64,000 nucleotides of DNA, from the NCBI GenBank assembly GCA_016710435.1, contig JADJVV010000001.1, positions 739,912-803,911 on the forward strand, read 5' to 3'. The DNA is from Hyphomicrobiales bacterium. Lineage in GTDB: Bacteria > Pseudomonadota > Alphaproteobacteria > Rhizobiales > Aestuariivirgaceae. Position 1 is the stretch's first letter, and every line of letters starts with the position of its first letter. Both the position numbers and the translations under genes were made by a program. Below, one piece after another: positions 58,552 through 64,000 of this stretch. A model generated the notes under the pieces. That model was given only the letters and a program-made list of their open reading frames with translations. It searched no databases and had not been told where the DNA came from.

Positions 58552-58881
58552 TTCTCTTCACCGCACGTCCCAAGCACCCGGCATCCTGTCGGGTCTTGCT
58601 GTTTCGGGGTACAGATAGCGCAGCCATCAACGCCCCACGGCAGCTCCAACACCATCCAATGCGAACCAGTCTCAGCACAGTGACGAACAGGTCTCTGTTT
58701 GGTCTGTCTCCGAGATCTGGAAAAAGAGTTGGAGGTCCTGAGACCGGCACCAGAACTGCCTTTAGAAGCCCGCACGGAGACCGCTCCAGAGACCAATCCG
58801 CTGCTCCCGGACACGAAAAAGCCCTCCAAATGCGGGCCATTCTGCAGAACTGGTGTAAATCGCGTCCGCCACGGGACTGCC

Positions 58882-58957
58882 TGGTGGAGCGAAGGGGGAT
58901 CGAACCCCTGACCTCGGCATTGCGAACGCCGCGCTCTCCCAACTGAGCTACCGCCCC
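58882..58957 (-). tRNA. tRNA-Ala (anticodon CGC), CCA encoded
   Basis: GGGGCGGTAGCTCAGTTGGGAGAGCGCGGCGTT-CGC-AATGCCGAGGTCAGGGGTTCGATCCCCCTTCGCTCCACCA; 76 nt; G3:U70 pair. Confidence 0.97.
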
Positions 58958-58975
58958 TTCCAAGAAGGTGAGGCG

Positions 58976-59004
58976 CTTTTAGAAGGGGGTTTTTGCGCCG
59001 TCAA
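58976..59004 (-). promoter_or_regulatory. Sigma70 promoter of tRNA-Ala
   Basis: TTGACG (59004-58999), 17 bp spacer, TAAAAG (58981-58976), GC-rich discriminator CGCCTC. Confidence 0.75.
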
Positions 59005-59066
59005 GGCGGTGGCTTGCGCGCGGACGCGCCAGCCCTTACATCCGGGGAAACGAAACCTGGTGCAAC

Positions 59067-59357
59067 ATGAATCCCTTCATCTGGCTTATACTTACCATTC
59101 TCGACATCTATTTCTGGATCATCCTCGCCACCGTGGTGTTGAGCTGGCTCGTCGCCTTCGGCATCGTCAACCGGCAGAACCCCTATGTCCGCCAGATCGA
59201 CTATGCCCTGCACCGGTTGACCGATCCGGTGCTCGGTCCGATCCGCCGCGTCATGCCGGATCTGGGCGGCCTCGACATCTCGCCGATCATTGCGTTGCTG
59301 GGCCTGCAGTTCCTGCAATACCTGGTGGCCTATTACCTGCCCCGCCTGCTCGTGTGA
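59067..59357 (+). CDS. YggT family membrane protein
   Basis: LSWLVAFGIVN, LTDPVLGPIRRVMPDLGGLDISPII. Confidence 0.92.
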   Translation: MNPFIWLILTILDIYFWIILATVVLSWLVAFGIVNRQNPYVRQIDYALHRLTDPVLGPIRRVMPDLGGLDISPIIALLGLQFLQYLVAYYLPRLLV

Positions 59358-59671
59358 CAGGGCCGCTCCGCACCTCGGCCAAGGGCTTGCACCTTCACGT
59401 CAAGGCCACGCCCAAGGCCTCGCGTGACAGCGTCACGGGGATTGTGCCGCTGGCCGATGGCAGCACGGCGCTGGCCGTGAAGGTCACTTCCGTGCCCGAG
59501 AAGGGCAAGGCCAATGCCGCCATCGTGGCGCTGATCGCCAAGACTGCACGCATCCCCAAATCCGCGCTCGAACAGGTCGCAGGCGAGACCGACCGTCACA
59601 AGGTCTTCCGCATTGCCAGCCATGGCGAAGCAGTCCAGACTTGGATCGAGGGGCTCGCGCGGGAGGATTAG
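59354..59671 (+). CDS. DUF167 (YggU) family protein
   Basis: VKATPKASRD, KVTSVPEKGKANAA, AGETDRHK; GTG overlaps the yggT stop. Confidence 0.88.
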   Translation: MTGPLRTSAKGLHLHVKATPKASRDSVTGIVPLADGSTALAVKVTSVPEKGKANAAIVALIAKTARIPKSALEQVAGETDRHKVFRIASHGEAVQTWIEGLARED

Positions 59672-60280
59672 ATGCGCCGGACATGCTTTGCTGCCGCGCT
59701 GGGACTGGCCATGGCAACCATATCGCCTGCCTTCGCCGGAAGCAGCAGCGCCTACACGGCCCTCGATCTCAACGACAAGAAAGCCTGCATGATCACCAGC
59801 CCCGCCCCGCAACCCGGCGAGGGCGAGGGCAGTGCGACCTATGAATGCCGGGGCTATGGCGACTATGTCGTCACCTTTTTCGAAGGCGACCTTCGCAGCT
59901 ACATCACCTTCGGCACGGACACCGCCGATCAATGTGCGGTCCGGCAAACCTTCAGCGGCTTCAACAGCATCGGCAACAAGATCGAATGGCGGCTGCGCGA
60001 CGGAAAGCCCATCGCCACCATCCTGCGCTGGACAGTGTCCTATGATCCGGAGAACGCCGAGAAGACCAAGACCTGGCTGGTGGTGACGAAGCTTGATGGC
60101 GATGAGGCCTGCCACATGGGCTACGTCGAGGGGGCAGCACCGAATGCGAATGAAGCCGCACAGAAACTGGCGGACGATTTCGCCACCAGTTTCTCATGCA
60201 AGACCAGCAAGCCCATCATCATCGCAAACAGCGGCACGGTGACGGAAAATATCGCCGCCAACGACGGCTGCCAGCGCTAG
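59672..60280 (+). CDS. Hypothetical secreted protein
   Basis: Signal peptide ending AFA, six Cys in the mature part, IGNKIEWR..PIATILRW. Confidence 0.7.
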   Translation: MRRTCFAAALGLAMATISPAFAGSSSAYTALDLNDKKACMITSPAPQPGEGEGSATYECRGYGDYVVTFFEGDLRSYITFGTDTADQCAVRQTFSGFNSIGNKIEWRLRDGKPIATILRWTVSYDPENAEKTKTWLVVTKLDGDEACHMGYVEGAAPNANEAAQKLADDFATSFSCKTSKPIIIANSGTVTENIAANDGCQR

Positions 60281-60286
60281 ATCACT

Positions 60287-62113
<1,827 letters not shown>

Positions 62114-62238
62114 GGGGTGCGCCTGACTTTCTCTACAAGCTCAAGGGGAATTGGCCCGGGCGTTAGCACAGGCCGCAAGCCTTTGGCAATTTTTCTCGGC
62201 TAGCCTCCCCGGCCCCGGAACCCTGCAGGAAACCAGCC

Positions 62239-62703
62239 ATGTTCGAGAAAAGCGGCCCGCAACGATCCCTCGTCATCCTGACCATGGCCGACGGGCGGAC
62301 CCTGATGGCCAGCGTCAAGCTCGCCATGTCCGGAAAACTGGCGGACATCCTGAACAATGCCGACCGCTACCTGGATGTGCTGGGGCCGGAGGGCGAGCAG
62401 TTCTTCCTCTCCAAGGATCTCGTCCACCGGGTCGCCGCCGCCAACCCGCCCAAGGCGGAACTGAACTTGCAGCGCCGCAACTCGGACCAAAGCGGCTTCA
62501 ACCCCTGGGCCGTGCTCGGCGTGAGCCGGGAGGCCTCACCGGATGACATCAAGACCGCCTACCGCACGCTGGTGAAGATGTACCATCCCGACCGTTTCGC
62601 CAATCTCGACCTGCCCGTTGAGATGAAAGACTATGCGGCCGCAATGTTGGCGCGCATCAACATCGCCCACGATCAGCTGGTGGCGTCGGCCACGCCAAGG
62701 TAG
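62239..62703 (+). CDS. Small protein with a C-terminal J-domain (HPD)
   Basis: NPWAVLGVSREASPDDIKTAYRTLVKMYHPDRF...LARINIAHDQL. Confidence 0.85.
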   Translation: MFEKSGPQRSLVILTMADGRTLMASVKLAMSGKLADILNNADRYLDVLGPEGEQFFLSKDLVHRVAAANPPKAELNLQRRNSDQSGFNPWAVLGVSREASPDDIKTAYRTLVKMYHPDRFANLDLPVEMKDYAAAMLARINIAHDQLVASATPR

Positions 62704-63611
62704 CTGTCGAGACCCGCCAGGAACTCCTGGCGGATGACGTCGCGCTCCATCAGGATTTCGTGCAGGGCGTCCTGGATATAGACCAGCGACACGCCCGGCA
62801 CCCTGCGCGCGAAAGTTTGCGCGGCGGCATTGTTCACCACCCGGTCGCGGCCCGCCAGCACCATGAGCACCGGGCATTTGGGACCCTTCGGCCAGTTCCC
62901 GCCGAGCGAGGCGATGCTGTCCATCGTCGCATTGAGCCAGCCGAAGGTTGGCCCGCCGAGGCCCAGTTCGGGATGGCGCTGCAAGGTGATCTGGTCGCGT
63001 TCCCAGCGTCGCGGTTCCAGCGTCAGCGGGTTGTCCACGTAGTCGCGGGCCATGAAGGGCTCACGCCGCATGCCAGGCAGCAGGATCCACGAGAAGCGGC
63101 CCTGGGTGAAGACATAGCTGAGGAAGCGCGCCATCCAGCGCGGCCAGAGATTGTAGTTGAGGTCGATGAGCGGGGCCGTGAGAATGGCCTTCGAGAACCA
63201 CGTCTCGCGCAAGATGCTGCGCAAAAGGATGTGCCCGCCGGTGGAGTGGGCCAGCGCATAGTAAGGCCCAGGACAATGGGCCCGCACCAGTTGGTCCATC
63301 GCCGTGCGCAGGTCCTCGTCAAAGGAGCGGAAATTGCCGATGTGGCCGCGCAGGCGGTCCTTGAGCAGGCGTTCGGAGCCGCCCTGCCCGCGCCAGTCGA
63401 AACTCGCCACGCAGAACCCGCGGGCCGCAAGGTCGCGCATGGTTTCGAAGTAGCGTTCCATGAAGTCGCTGCGGCCGGTGAGCAGCAGGATGGTGCCGCG
63501 CTCGCCTGTGCCGCATTTCATGCCGCGCAGGTCATAGCCATCCGCCGTCTTGAGCGGAATGACTTCCGCCCCGGGGGGCAGACGGTTTTCCAGTGTGGGA
63601 TAAAGCTCCAT
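62673..63611 (-). CDS. Alpha/beta hydrolase, lysophospholipase L2 (PldB)-like
   Basis: LLTGRSDFMERY, FDWRGQGGS, AHSTGG nucleophile elbow, LAGRD, ALHEILME. Confidence 0.88.
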   Translation of the reverse strand: MELYPTLENRLPPGAEVIPLKTADGYDLRGMKCGTGERGTILLLTGRSDFMERYFETMRDLAARGFCVASFDWRGQGGSERLLKDRLRGHIGNFRSFDEDLRTAMDQLVRAHCPGPYYALAHSTGGHILLRSILRETWFSKAILTAPLIDLNYNLWPRWMARFLSYVFTQGRFSWILLPGMRREPFMARDYVDNPLTLEPRRWERDQITLQRHPELGLGGPTFGWLNATMDSIASLGGNWPKGPKCPVLMVLAGRDRVVNNAAAQTFARRVPGVSLVYIQDALHEILMERDVIRQEFLAGLDSYLGVADATS

Positions 63612-63657
63612 GCCGGGCCAAGCTATAGGCAAGGCCACGGCAGGGGACAAGACGGAG

Positions 63658-64000
63658 TTATTTCAGCTTCTGGACGTCGCTGATTTCGCCCGTGGCCGAT
63701 GACACCTTGATCAGATAGGCGTTGGCGGCGCGCGTGGCATCAAAGGTGTAGGTGGCGCCCGAACAGGTCCGCGGCTTCACGCTGGTGAAGCCATAGCCCG
63801 AGACGATCTCGGCACCCTTGCTGCAACCGATGCCGGCACCCGCCGGGGCCGCAGCCTTGGCAGCCGTTGCCGCAGTCGCCACCTTTGCCGGCGGAGGCGT
63901 CACAGTCTTGGCCGCCGGAATCGGAGGTTTCGCCACAACGGCCGCGCTGGTCAGCGGCGGATTGGCCTTGATCGCTGCCGTGCTGGTCGGTGACTTTACA
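63658..64000 (-). CDS. C-terminal part of a protein with a Pro/Ala/Lys-rich linker and a small two-Cys terminal domain; 5' end outside the window
   Basis: Frame is open to the window edge (VKSPTSTAAIKANPP...); ends CSKGAEIVSGYGF...CSGATYTFDATR...SATGEISDVQKLK. Confidence 0.65.
   Translation of the reverse strand, partial: VKSPTSTAAIKANPPLTSAAVVAKPPIPAAKTVTPPPAKVATAATAAKAAAPAGAGIGCSKGAEIVSGYGFTSVKPRTCSGATYTFDATRAANAYLIKVSSATGEISDVQKLK

Larger units (their letters stand above)
57512..58881. mobile_element. Degraded miniature genomic island at the tRNA-Ala 3' end
   Basis: tRNA-3'-like left boundary (57512-57536), AT-richer interior (hand count 50/120 GC at 58021-58140 vs 42/60 at 56461-56520), recombinase C-terminal remnant, repeated GTCTC/GAGAC motifs. 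Confidence 0.65.

Noticed and set aside
58487-58963. 158-aa ORF starting MEGAVAQLGER (and 58512-58946)
   Set aside because: These are translations across the tRNA-Ala gene, not proteins

Overview
This is a high-GC, gene-dense chromosomal segment of an alphaproteobacterium. Gene content and regulatory motifs point to Hyphomicrobiales/Rhizobiales (inference). Housekeeping blocks are hisB-H-A-(SDR)-F-E-coaA, fabA-fabB-fabI, hemH and typA. There are three CUT2-type sugar ABC systems (chvE-gguA-gguB plus two others) and a partial polyamine-type binding protein. The imuA-imuB-dnaE2 mutasome sits behind a perfect LexA box, but imuB and dnaE2 each carry a single +1 frameshift. A znuA-DUF1007-NiCoT-tspO run lies behind a perfect Zur-type palindrome. 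A 2-oxoacid oxidoreductase cluster (gamma, alpha, beta, GltD-like/ferredoxin fusion) lies behind an FNR/FixK box. mtnK sits next to a sugar ABC transporter whose promoter shares a 14-bp operator with the chvE/FadR promoter 44 kb away. An unexplained ubiquitin-like MoaD/ThiS + Asp-box beta-propeller gene pair has no sulfur-transfer enzymes nearby. A ~1.4-kb degraded island with a serine-recombinase tail abuts the 3' end of tRNA-Ala(CGC). No CRISPR array, rRNA or intact transposase was seen. All family assignments come from motif recognition by eye; no database searches were run.
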